The notes beneath the pieces were generated by a model that was given only the letters and a program-made list of their open reading frames with translations, was not told where the DNA came from and ran no database searches. DNA of 64,000 nt from Guillardia theta CCMP2712 (lineage: Eukaryota; Protista; Cryptophyta). The position numbers were made by a program, and so were the translations under genes. Positions 14,050 through 26,259 of this stretch are shown here, one piece after another (position 1 is the first letter of the stretch; each line of letters starts with the position of its first letter). Location of the stretch: NCBI RefSeq assembly GCF_000315625.1, contig NW_005434656.1, forward strand, positions 541,741-605,740, in the 5' to 3' direction.

Positions 14050-15300
14050 GGTTAACCACCCCACCATCCTCCTACACTACCCCACCCACTCTTGTTTGCC
14101 TTGCTCCTCGGATCTCTCAGCACCACCCCTACCAGCTCCCGCGCCCACCCCTACTGTGGACTCGAGCCCGGGTCTCACGGTTTGCCTCAACAGTGCCTAC
14201 TCTCCAACCGTACGGTACCCCTGACGGTACCCCTCCCATCATTGCATGACCCCCGACCCACCCCACCCCCATCTTTGAAGTTTTTCGATTGTTCCCCAAG
14301 TCATTATATGGCTCTCTAGGGAGGGTTATTCCGCTACCTAGTTCAAGTTCAAGTTAGCCTGGCAGCCGCGGGAGTCCGCTCGGAGTCACTGAGTCAGCCC
14401 GGCTAGTAGCCGCAGCCGGCCCGGGCGGCCGGCGCAGGCGGCGGGCCGGCGGCCCAGACTCAGCCATGATCGGACGACGGACGGTAGTGAGTCAAGATCG
14501 GACCGGTGACTGGACTGAAACGGCCGGGCCGGCGGGCCGCCCGGAGCCTCTGCAGTCACCCGCAGTGCGGCGCCGCGCTCTACCGAAAAATTTAAGTGCC
14601 AAATTAACGAAAGGCCTGCCATAGTGAACCGTGCATGGTCGGGTGGACTCCATGTGAACCCCAAAAAAAGTAGAAAAAAAAAGACCAGATTTGCTAGGGC
14701 CCCGGATATCTGCGTGACTTTAGCATAGTACAACTTGGCAAGTCCAAGTCTAACAAACTTGTGCTCCCCGAGTCCGACGGTCCCGGTCCGGTCAGATCAG
14801 GCCGGCCCGCAGGGCGGCGGCACGGCCGCGGCTCGGACCGTCGGGACCATCGTCTGACGGACTGTCACGCCCGTCCGTCCGGTCGAGCCATCGGAGGTGA
14901 CGCCGCCCGGCCGGCCCGGCATATGCTCCGAACTGTCCGGGCCCCGGCGTCCGTCACACTGTCACAGGACAACTAGCACAGTTTGACTGAACTCGATCAA
15001 GAGGGGTGGAATCTATGGAGGGGGTGGTGGTTCCAGGGGGTGGTACTATGACCCAGAGTGCAGGGACTGAAATCAAATACGGTAGGGTAGGGAAACCATG
15101 ATGGGGTGAGGGTGTAAAGTACGGGGTACTTTTGAAAGAATTTAGTCTTCCATTCGGGGTGGTGACAATAAATTGTTCTTAACAACAGGGAGGGGTAGTA
15201 AAACAATATAGGGGGTTCTTTTTGGATAGGAGGGGTGTCGGCAACATGGGCATGGCATGAGGTAGGTACACAGCGATAAGGGGGTAGGGTTCATCACGGG
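14050..15300. promoter_or_regulatory. Intergenic island between divergent genes: C-run block, very GC-rich CCGG/GGCC block with AT-rich core, G-run block
   Basis: Composition is seen directly; regulatory versus repeat-element nature is inference. Confidence 0.4.
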
Positions 15301-15470
15301 CGAGGAGCGGCAGGTATGGTGGGCTCGTGCGGGAGGGGAAGGGAGGGAGGGGGAGAAGCAGTCGATATGCGCAGGGATTGGATGTTTCCTGACGTGTTTG
15401 TGTCATGATACATCTCCTCTGCCTCCCACGTCTGATTTTGTCGTCTCAGTGACATCTCGATATCGAAAGA

Positions 15471-16978
15471 ATGAGCGCCGTCGGGTGAGTTTATAATCGC
15501 CCTTCTCCGCTGCCCATGACTTTCCGTTCCAGTGAAGCAAACGGGTCTGATGTAACAGCCAAACCCGAGCAGAAGATGATAGTCTTCGGGATTCCGTATC
15601 ATATAACAAGTGAGGGCTTCCGAGACTACTTTGCTCAGTTCGGAGAGCTGCAGGAGTGCGAGCTAATGTTCAGCCGAGAAGGAAGGTCCCGTGGGTTCGG
15701 CTTCGTCCTGTACAAGGACGAGGAAACCAACACTCGGGTGAAGGACATGCAGCACAGCATGGAAGGAAGAAGTTTGGATCTCAAACTGAGAGACACGGGC
15801 GACAGATTCAAGCATGATGAAGGACGGCCGGCCCTGTCTAAGACGAAGATCTTCATCGGCCGACTTGGAGATGCTGTGGAACCAGGTTGACGTCTAGATG
15901 AATCCTGTTCTTCCTTCTGACTTGGATGCCTTCGAAAAGAGGATCTCCGCCAGTACTTCGAGCAGTTCGGAGCCATTACTGATGTTTTCATGCCTGTGCA
16001 TCATGCCACTGGGAAACGCAAGAATTGTGGGTTTGTAGAATTTCAAGATCCAAGCAGCGCAAGTCAAGCTCTCGAACAGCCAAAACACGTCATCAAAGGC
16101 GTTGAATGCACCGCACAGGTGCAACTCATTGCTGTCTTGACCTTGGACTTGCTTCCCTGACCGTTTTCTCGCTAGGCCGCTGCTCCCAAGGTGGACAAGC
16201 ATGATAGACGAGGCTTCGATGGCTATGGGATGGATCGTTTCGGCTTTGATCGAGGATTCGGACGCGGTTTCAGGGGAGATTATGGTGGCTGGGGTCGAGA
16301 TGGCCGGGATAGCTGGAGCATGCGAGACAGAAGCCCTCGCAGGTTCGACGACCCTCGTATGATGGGGATGCGTGACGACATGATGGGTCGCCCGGTAGGG
16401 ACCGTGGCTCCTCTTCTCTGATTGTGAATCTCATGAGAATGCAGGGCTGGGATGGCATGGGTGCAATGGGTGGCGGGATGGAGGACATGTGGAGCATGAT
16501 GTTTGAACGAATGCGTGAAATGTATGATCGTGGGGATCCCTACGGGATGGGCGCGGGTGCTGGATACATGGGTGGTGCTGGCTACATGGGCGGCCGTGAA
16601 GCGCCTGCATGGGGGGCGGCGCCCGCTGCTGGTTCAAGATTCGCAGCCGCAGGGGAGATGCGTCGTCTGCTCATCGAAAACATTCCAAGGTGCCTATCGA
16701 AAAGTGGCTTATTACTGGTGACGTTGATGTTCGAAAGGTCGATTGCATGGCAGACTTTGAAAGATCTTTTCAAACGCTTTGGAAATGTTATCAGAGCTGA
16801 TGTGTATCCAGACGGTCAAGGGACCGTGGTCTTCGATAATACCAACGACGCTCGCACTGCATTAACAGGTAGGTCAATCATTGAGGTGTTGACTTGTACG
16901 ATGCATTGGTTTGATTTATGTGCAGCAATGAATGGACATTTGTTGGAAGGAAATCAGATCCGCATCAGGCTTGAGTGA
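15471..16978 (+). CDS. RNA-binding protein with three RRMs and a G/M/R/D-rich linker (hnRNP A/B- or Musashi-like N-terminus)
   Basis: MSAVG/EANGSD...KMIVFGIPY...RSRGFGFVLY (RNP1); KIFIGRLG...KRKNCGFVEF; third RRM RLLIENIP...WQTLKDLFKRFGNVIRADV...MNGHLLEGNQIRIRLE*. Confidence 0.9.
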
Positions 16979-17635
16979 ACAGGTTGATTCGAGGAAGCGT
17001 TGGCCTTGACACGAGGAGGTGTGATTGGAAGGATGGTGGTTTAGTCGAGGCCTTTGACAGTGAGACTGCAAGGTGATCAGGCCGGATAGTTCGAAGAGTG
17101 AAGGAAGTACAATGGAGGCAGAAGTGTCGTGGGCATGATCTTCTACGCGGATGCGATGTCTAGAGCTTGAGGTTGAATCGTTCATAGCGGAAGGAGGACT
17201 GGAGGGTTCCGGTTGCAAGGCAGACGTGGATGAGGAGAGGCCGCGAGAGGAGATAAGAGTTTCAAGATTCGGGGACAGTTCTATAATTAGTTGGTAATTT
17301 TTTGGTCTAGAGTTCTTTACTTTCTCTTGAATGATTGTGAGGATTGAATGTGGAGGCCAAGTGAAATCGTGAGTCACAATCAGTTGAGGGGTTATATTGT
17401 CGTACTGGCGAGGGAGGGGAACAGAGCAAGGTAAAGCTATGCTGCTGCTGTGCTTTTGCTTTCTTGAAGGTCGTGAGCGCATTATTGCTGTGCCGAATGC
17501 ACATATTTAAGTGTATGTGTGGAATGAAGGGAATCTCCGCCCGTTGAAGATCGCCAGGCAGCTGCTGGGCTAGAATCTCTGCCAGGAGGCTGCTGGGCTC
17601 CAGTGAGATCATCGGTGATCCCCTGCTGGTAACCT

Positions 17636-17693
17636 GCTGATCTAAGGGCGTGAGTAAAGCACTGGCTGATCTAAGGGCGTGAGTAAAGCACTG
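17636..17693. repeat. Perfect 29-bp tandem duplication (GCTGATCTAAGGGCGTGAGTAAAGCACTG x2)
   Basis: Seen directly, about 245 bp upstream of the peptidase ATG. Confidence 0.95.
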
Positions 17694-17936
17694 GGATGAA
17701 TCCGTGAAAGATGGTAGACCGGAAACCATGTCTGTGGGCGACAGGAGGCTACACAGGGTGGGCAAGGGAGTGAAGCAGGGAGGAAGGAAGCGAGTTGGAT
17801 CAGGAGGAGGAGGACGAGGATAGAAGAGTCATCCGATGCTCAGCAGGCACGTGCCACTTGCGATGAGCTCTGAGACAGCCCGCGCCTCGTAAGCTGACGG
17901 AGAGGCGTTTGAGAGGAAGGTGGAAGAACGGGAAGC

Positions 17937-20004
17937 ATGGTTTGCCTCCTCCTGGTGGCAGGGATTCTCGTGCAAGGAGGTCTGGTGGGATCAGCAACTT
18001 CTCTCTCTCTCTCTTTCGCGCCTTCGCTCCGTCTCGCTCGCTCTGCTCCTTCGCCCCACATCTCCCTCAGACCCCACGGCCTCCGTCCAGGAGCAGTTGG
18101 ACGGAGCAGAGTGACGCTGTGGAGCGATCGCAGAGGCTTGTACGAGCCGACTGAGCCGAACCAGCAAGGGCTCCTGCCAGTCGACGACACGCACTCGCTC
18201 TTCTATCACGTCTACGGCAACAGCACCTCGCAACATGTTGCCCTCTCCCTCCATGGCGGCCCTGGGGCAGGCAGCTTCCCTCGACATGCGCGTTTCTTCG
18301 ACCCCAAGAGGTCGATGAGGGCTGGGGACTGCGACGAGCTGAAGCTCTAGCGCAGATGTCGCGTCGTCCTCTTCGATCAGCGTGGCTGCGGATCCTCGAC
18401 GCCGCGGGGGTGAAACTTTGAGCTGTGTGGCCCTGGAAGCACTGACGCGATGAGACGCGGCAGGAGCATCGACAACAACGACACGCCCAACCTGATCGCC
18501 GACATTGAGGAAGAGACTCTTGCTGCCTCCTCCAGCTGACGTCCCAGCAGAGGCTGAGGGTCCATCTCAACGTCTCCACATGGGACATCGTGCTCGGGGT
18601 AACCTCGCTCGCTCGCTCCCTCCCTCTCACGCTCTTTTAGGGTAGCTGGGGAAGCACTCTCGCTCTTGCGTACTCGCAGGAGTATCCGGAGAGGGTGAGG
18701 TCGTGGAGACGGCAGCGCCGGAGACTGACGCGAGCAGGTCCGGGCGATGGTGCTGCGAGGAGTGTGTCTGATGCGAGCCAAGGAGATCTGCTGGCTGTTC
18801 GGACCTGAGGCCTGAGGAGGAGAGGGAGGAGGCGCAAGGGCTGACGGAGACGCAGGGAGGATGTCGAGCTCTACTTCCTCGAGCATACAAGGAGTTCGTG
18901 AGCGACTTGCTGTGCGGCCCCGCCCGCCCTCCCCCGTCGCTGATGCGCCGGCAGGGAGCACGAGACCGTCAGCTGCAAGACCGTCCTCGAGGCCTACAGC
19001 AGGCATGCGCGTCTCAGCGCGCCTGCTGCGAGTGACCCGAGCGTAGGAGACTTTTCAGCAGCAACACGACGACGCAAGGAGCAGCTGCGAGGAGGTGGAG
19101 GTGAGTGTGCGATGCAGGAGCCGACGTCTGCTTCAGGTGGCTCTCGTGGGAGTACAGTGTGTCCTCCCTGCATCAAGCTGCTGTCCTCAACGCGACTGGG
19201 ACGCTCTCTGCAAGTTCTGTTGTCGAGTGGGACGGGAGTCGGTGGCTCGTGGACGGGAAGGACGAGGAGGAGCTGAAGGCAGAGGTGAGGGCTGGAGGAG
19301 GGGAAGGAGGAATGAAGGAGGAATGAAGGAGGAATGAAGGAGGAATGAAGGAGGAATGAAGGAGGAATGAAGGAGGAATGAAGGAGGAATGAAGGAGGAA
19401 TGAAGGAGGAATGAAGGAGGAACAGGCGAGGAGGAGAAGCTCTGTCACTTTGACAGCCAACACCTCCAAGACCAACGGGAACCGTCTGCCTGCCCCTTGT
19501 TCTCTAAACTCTCAGTGACTGTCTTGTCTCAGAGAGTCGGCCGGCCCCCTCAGCCCCCTATGTGCCTGCTCAGGTCAGCTGCCCTCGCCCCTCGCCTTCT
19601 AACCGACATGATCTGCAGGCCATGCTGACCTGCTGGTACTCTCTGCATGGGGGCTTCTTGGAGGAGGAGGCGATTCTTCAGCCGCAGCGCATGGAGCGGA
19701 TTCGGCACATTCCGTGCATAGCAGTGCAAGGAGCAGCCGACTACATCTGCCCACCATGTACTCCCTTGCTCTCTGCTCCTGCTCCTCTCCTGCCAACCGG
19801 CCTTCCCCTCCTGGTGACTGCGGTGCAGGGACAGCGCTGGACCTGCATGAGGCCTGGCCGGAAATGAAGCTGAGGCTGGTAGCAGGAGCAGGACATTCCA
19901 TGTATGACCCGGAGATCACAAGCGAGCTTGTCAAGGCGACCGACTTCCTCCTCGACCGTCACACGAGCGACAGCGGCGAGGGGCAGGAAGAGGAAACAAG
20001 TTGA
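17937..20004 (+). CDS. pip: Proline iminopeptidase (peptidase S33, alpha/beta hydrolase) with bipartite signal + transit-like N-terminus
   Basis: LHGGPGAG, RFFDPKR, VVLFDQRGCGSSTP, NDTPNLIADIE, VLG/GSWGSTLALAYSQEYPER, VQGAADYICPP, AGHSMYDPEI: the Ser-Asp-His triad is present across many small exons. Confidence 0.92.
19306..19421. repeat. (AGGAGGAATGA)n 11-bp minisatellite, about 10 copies, intronic in pip
   Basis: Seen directly. Confidence 0.9.
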
Positions 20005-20065
20005 GAGGAGAGGAGAGAAGGTTAAGGCGAAGTAAGATGAAGGCAAGAAGCATCGATCTCATAGG

Positions 20066-23052
20066 CTAGCAAGGCTCCTTCAGTCCACCAGCTCCTTCAC
20101 ACTGAATTTCAGTTCGCAACCTCGGAGCAGCAGGCGAGCAGCAGCCCTCGCCACATACCAGGGATTCCATGACAGGAAGCAAGTCGGCAAGGCTCTCCGA
20201 TCCTCCTCCTTGCTCCTTCCTCACTTGCGCTCTCTGCGCTAAAATCTTGATGGTCTTCTCGTACTTGCGCAGCAGCAGCAGCGACTCCTTGTGCTGCTGC
20301 CTCAACGTCTCGACCTGTCCCAAAGTGTCAGGAGGAGCCCAGCAGCTTGTCTCTTCCCTCACCTCGAAGCTCAGGGCAGAGACGTGCTCCATCCTCTCGT
20401 CGCTCGTCGCCTGCAGCAGCCTCAACAGCTCCCCCCCCCTCCTCTCGCCTCCCTCACCATCACGAGCTCTCTCTGGATGTTGTCACGCAGCCTCTCGAGG
20501 TCTGAAATCTGCCGCCTGTAGTTGAAGCACTTCTTCTATTGTCAGCTGTCAGTCCACTCCCTCCCTCAGCTGCCGTTGCCTGTAGGTCGTTGCACTTGAT
20601 CACCACGGGCTCCATCTTGGCCATGACGTCGTCGACCTGACAGCCTCCTCAGCTCTACTCCGACCACACGAGCGATGAGCGTCACCTGGGCCTGCATGTG
20701 CATCACTTGCTGCACCATCGCTTTCCTCTCGCAGTCGAGTTGTGCAGAGATCGCTTCAACGCTGAAGAAGAACGATGAGCGTCGAGGTCTCTCCAAACTC
20801 ACAAGTACCGCGAGAGATTCGCCGTGGACTCGGCCTGTTGCCATGACATCCCTTTAGAAGACCCATGCGATGGCGCGGGCAGAGCTGTACCTTGTACTTC
20901 TTTGATTCCTTCATCAACGAGGTATTCTGATCGCGAAGTCGAAGGCACTTGCTCACAGTCGTCAACCTCTTCATCGCCCCCATTCCCTTCGTCTCCTCAC
21001 CTCTACGTGAGCCCGGTCCAGATCCTCCATGGCAGACTCCAGCGCACGTTTCGCCATCTCGGTGTCATTCGACTTCGCGCGGCTTTTGGCGAGTTTTTCC
21101 GCACTTTGAAGTCTTCCAGTCAAGTCGATTACCTCGTTCTGCAATCGAATCTCCTGCGAACAGCTCAGAAAGAACCAACATGTTGCCGCTGACTTTTAAC
21201 ATTCTCGGATTTCGACTTGACAAGTGCCTCAGCATTCTTGAGCTCCTTTACGTCAGAGTGAATGAATCATACAATCAAACGACTCTGCAGCGTTACCTCT
21301 TGTAAGCGGAGGAGTTTGGCCTCGGCTTCAGGATTCTCAGCTTTCTTCTTCCATTCCTCGTGCTGTTTCCTGTGTATTAGCACGTTGGCTTGCTCCTCTG
21401 ACAGGCATCTCCTTGTCTTGTTCAATTCTTTCTGCAGGGCATCAACCTATCATCAAACACAGGAGGTCAAACAACAGCATAACAACTCAGTTTCCGACCT
21501 CAGCTTTCAATTTGAAGATTTCAGCTTCACGATCTTGATCTATCTTTATCCTTTCAGCCTTTGTTTTATCTTCGTTGTCAAGAAGCTTAGGAATGACACT
21601 CAACAGATTGGTCCACTTCAGTTCCCACGACAAATTTCCATGTTTGGCTTGTTCAGTGCTGGAGGAAATGGCACGGTCTATCAGCTCTTTCTTCCCGTCT
21701 GCTGTCTGAAAGCTTTCTAAAAGGACTTGATGCAGTCTGTTGTAGTTTTCATCCATCTTCTGCACAAACTCGTTGTGTTCGTCTTCGATCCTCTTCTTCT
21801 CCGAGATCGCCTTCGCTAGACGGACGGCAGACTTTGCCGCATCCATCTCTAGCTGTCGTCTCGTCTTGTCTGTTTTGCCAGAGAAGGCAGTCTTGAAATC
21901 CATCCCAGGTCGACCTTCTGTCTGCTCAAGCTTCAATTCTAGTTCTGACTTAGCGTTGGTCAGCTCATCGCACTTCTGCTGCAGGAGGGACATTTGCTGC
22001 TTCAGTTGTTCAACTCTGCTTCCTCTCTCCCCCGACGAACTTTGGACCAAGTTGTCTTTCGAGGCGCAGGACTGCCACAAAGTCAGCTTGTCCTGCACGG
22101 ACTCAGCAGCTCCTTGAACGTAGTTGTTGATGTTGTTCAGCAGCTCCCCGACTTCAGCAATCACCTTCCAGGTGCTCACATCACCGTCGATCACTTTGAT
22201 CTTGGCTTGACGCAGTAACACAACACTAGGTGCCAGCCTTCTGTGCAGACTCTTCAACCAGTCAAGGTTCACTCCCAGGACACTCTGATTGATGTCTGAA
22301 TCCTTTCGATCATCCCCTCCTGCACCATCTACATGGGGAGCTTGTCCTGGATCCTTGATAGAAATATCATTTTCCTCCTCGTCTTTCATTTTCCTTGCAG
22401 CAGGGTCGTCAGAAGAGTGAATTTCATCCTGCGCTTCATCGTCCTCTCCTTGCTTCTCCCGCCTTGAGCTTTGCCTCTGTTGGGATCGGGTCTGTTCAGC
22501 GCTCTTCCGGAAGCTAGCTATCTCTCTCGCGAGCGCGTCTGTGTTAACCTTGTGAACAGCAGGAGACCTGTTCGCCTGCACTTCCCCAGCATTGCTCAGT
22601 TCAGGATGTGTATGAGATCGAATGGCTGGACTAACTTCTGTCACAGCCCATTCAGCCTGTGCTGGTCTAGCAGGAGATACCAGATCAAGGGCCTGTGCTG
22701 GCCTAGCGGGAGATACCAGTTCGAGAGCCTGTGCTTGATCAGTCTCGTCCTCGTTGACTTCGATCGCCAGGCCTGCTGGTCGAGAACTTCTGGCAACCTC
22801 CTCCATACGCGCCTTCAAGCGCTCCCTCCGCGACTGCCTCGCCTGGTTCAAACAAGCTTCACAGGTGTCTGCAGGTTTTGAATGAGAACTCACCTTGAGG
22901 AGCTTTTCTTCAATGTCGGGATTTGAAGAGCCTGGTAGCACGTATAATTCTGCCATGCCTGATTTCTTATCCTCGTTCACGCTCGTATCCTCGTTCACGC
23001 TCGTATCCTCGTTCATGCTCGTATCCTTGTTCATGCTCGTATCCTGGTTCAT
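20066..23052 (-). CDS. Large coiled-coil protein of unknown function with short N-terminal tandem repeats
   Basis: Long exon ~21500-23052 with (M/V)NEDTS-type repeats, AQALxLVSPARP x2 and heptad-rich segments, followed by several spliced coiled-coil exons down to ~20066. Alternative ATG at 23106. Confidence 0.7.
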
Positions 23053-23465
23053 ATTCTTCCTTCTCGCCTTCAAGTCTTCATTTTCCGAACTTCCCGCCAA
23101 TCCCATCAACAATGGGGGGAACGGTGGGGGTAGTGAGGGTAGTAGAAGGGGGTCCACTTCGAAACCAGGTAGGGGTGCCAATAAGAGTGGTACCGATGAT
23201 TCAGGGTCTTGTGGTTGGGGTAGGGTACTGTTGGTTGGGGGTTTCCAAAGGGTTATTCTTATGATACTTTGTTGAAATTAGGGGGTAGGGTATAAAACTC
23301 GGGGTGCATGAATTCAAGGGGGTTATTTCGGGGGTGGCGGTAGAAGTTTGGTAGGGTGGGGTGATGAGGCGCGTTGGGAGTTCAACGGTTGAGAAGCGAA
23401 CATGCGAGGGGAGGGAGAGGAGTGGGGAGGAGAGGAGAAGAGAAGAGAGGAGAGAGGAGGGAGAA

Positions 23466-23531
23466 GATGAGATGAGATGAGATGAGATGAGATGAGATGA
23501 GATGAGATGAGATGAGATGAGATGAGATGAT
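23466..23531. repeat. (GATGA)n pentamer microsatellite
   Basis: Seen directly. Confidence 0.95.
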
Positions 23532-24054
23532 CTTCTCGGAAAGATGAGATCATATGGGAGCAGCGAAAAGGAGATCATAGAGAGGAAAAGCGACGAAGAG
23601 GAGGAGGAGAAAGGAGGAGTAGAGAGGACGAGAGTGACAATCAGGGAGAAAGTCCAACATACGAGGATAGAAAGAGAACAGGAGAGAAGGACTGCATTGA
23701 ACGGGAGGATAGTAGGATTGAGAGCAGAAAAGATGTGAGGAACGGACTGTGAGGTGACGAGAGGTAAAAATATAAAGGAGAGGAAGAGAAGTAGGATTGA
23801 AAGAACCAGACGCAGTAGATTGAGCGTAGAAAACGATACATACAAAAGGATAGGTAGTTGAAAGTTGAGGGGTGAGGAGTTGAGGGAAGAGATGTGAATG
23901 TAGACAGTGAAGACGAGAAAGGAAGGAATTGCTAGATGAGAGATAAATCGGCGAACAATTACGGACCTGCGAGAACAACGCTTCTGCTGAGCAACTTGCC
24001 TTCACTTTTCATGCTCCTGAATTTTCCGTGCAGGGTCTAACTAATTTAGCAAGC

Positions 24055-26108
24055 ATGGCACGACCTCCTGGCGCCGACGATGAGTATGCAGAGCTGCAGA
24101 AGAGATTTCAAATGTTGGAGAACGACCGCAAGTCGCTGTTTGAACACACACAACTTGAGGTCAAGAAGAACAAAGAAGCACTCGCGAAGCTCAAGAAAGA
24201 GAACAAAGAGCTCCGGTCAACTCTATCAGGGCTGATGAGTGATCAAGGGAAGTCGTCGGGAAAGGATTCAGAGATCGGCAAGCTGGAGCAACAGGTGCAA
24301 GAGCTCCGGAGGAGGCACGACGACGTTCGTCACCAGTGTCAGTTCCGTCAGAAGGAGCTGCAGTCTCTGCAAGACAAGCTGAAGGATCTGGAGAAGGAGA
24401 TGGCGAAGCTTCAGGACGATGACACTCCGTTGACCCGCAACATCAGGACGCTAGAGAACCGCCTTGACAAGGCGATGATCAAGTACAACGAAGCTCAGTC
24501 CATCCGCAAGACTTACGAGCAGATCGTGAAGCGTCTCAAGGAAGAGAGGATTGGGTTCGACAACCAGCTGGCAGCGATAGAGCGCACACTGAAAGCGAAG
24601 GAGAAGGATCTAGAGGAGCTGGTGCTCATGTCTCATGATGCGCAGCACGCCAAGGAGGTGGCCAAGGCAGAGCTGCTGAAGCTAGAGCATCAGCTGATGG
24701 AGGAGAAGAAGCAGCGAGAGAAGGAGCTGGCAGATCGCCGAGCCCTGGTGCAGCAGAAGGTTGAGATGAACCAGCGACTGGAGAAGAGAGACAAGATGAG
24801 ACGAGAGATGCAGCTGGTGGAGGGAGGAGAGCAAGCGGATCCCAGTGAGTCGAACATGAAGAAGACGCTGTTCAGCACGGCATTCCACTCTGCTCTCAAC
24901 GAGCATGTGCTCGAAGAAGAGCAGAAGAAGATCACAACCTACGAGGAGGCTTTCCGCAAGATTAAGGACGCCACCGGAGTGTCAGACGTTAACGAAGTGA
25001 TTCAAAAGTTCCTGACTCAGGATGAGACTCACAGCAACCTCGTGGTCATGACCAAGGAGGCTCAGGTCCTTCTTTTCATGCCTCTGACTTATGTGTCCGG
25101 TGAAAATCTGGCAGGCGAGGATCGACGCGTTGAACGAGGAGAAGGCTCAAGCGAAAGCCAAGGTAGAGGAGATCAAGTACAGCGGGACGGGATCGCTGGG
25201 GTCCAGAAGGATTGTTGACGAGTTTGAAAGTCACCTGTCGGAAGCGAACAGCAAGTGAGATGTGACTGTAGCGCGGAGAAAGCCTCTCACCCTCACTCGC
25301 CAGGTGCGAACGGAACAAGCAGAAGTACGAGAGAATCGCTAAGATTCTCATCAACGTCAAGTCTGGGGTGGAGCATCTCGCTGACAAGCTGGAACCGATC
25401 CAAGTAGATCAGGAGGCTGTCGTGATGACAGACTCCACGGTGGTCGAGGTGAGACGACGTCCTCCTCCTGCCCTGATCTCTTCTCCTTCGTCCCTCTCCC
25501 TCTTCTTTTTGTGGCTTCCCTCATCTTCTCTGCAGGTTCTGGCTCAGTGCGAAGCCAAGTTGATGAGGTTGATGGACATAGTGGAAGGAGATCAGCAGTC
25601 GGCTCAGCAGGTGGATTCTCACGCTCAGGACAAGCTGCTTGCATCTCAGGTGCGAAGATGCTGGGAGAGTGGCGGTCGAGTGCTGACTTGCCGTCTGCTG
25701 TCGCAGGAGGTTGAAATGCCCGCGTACAACATCCGCATCCAGGTGGGAGGAGCACCCGTCGCTCCGTTGACCTCGCGTGTTGACGCTGCAGCAGATCCCT
25801 CATGATGCGGACGACGACAGCGGGGACGATGAGGTGGAAGATGATGACCAGGAAGACGTTCCGGATCGCGATCAGGTGGGCTGAGCCGCGGGGAGTGACG
25901 GGAGTGTGACGCCGAGAGCAGGTCAAGAAGTATTCATCACTCATGCTCGAGAAGGCCAACAAGAAGCAGAAGCGCCAGAGGAAGCGGAAGGTGAGGGAGA
26001 GGAGGAAGTTGAGTTCAAGGGCAGGAGGATGATGGCATGCGGCAGGTTGGAGGTGAGGGAAGCGCCAAGGGCACCAAGAGCGGCGTGAAGAGACCGGAAA
26101 TGGCTTGA
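24055..26108 (+). CDS. Outer dynein arm docking complex subunit DC1/ODA3-like (CCDC151/ODAD3 family)
   Basis: LENRLDKAMIKYNEAQSIRKTYEQIVKRLKEERIGFDNQLAAIERTLKAKE and YEEAFRKIKDATGVSDVNEVIQKF match family motifs recalled from memory; acidic then basic tail ...KRQRKRK/VGGEGSAKGTKSGVKRPEMA*. Confidence 0.85.
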
Positions 26109-26259
26109 ACTGTAAAGTTTGACATGAATGTAGAAAGCTCCTTTCATGTCACCCCAGCAGGAGGACGAGTATTCTTCCTCTGCCATCCCACAGACATGAC
26201 GGGCCAGGACCGTCACAAGACATTCATTCACAACCGCAAGCTGCTGCACACCCTTTAGA

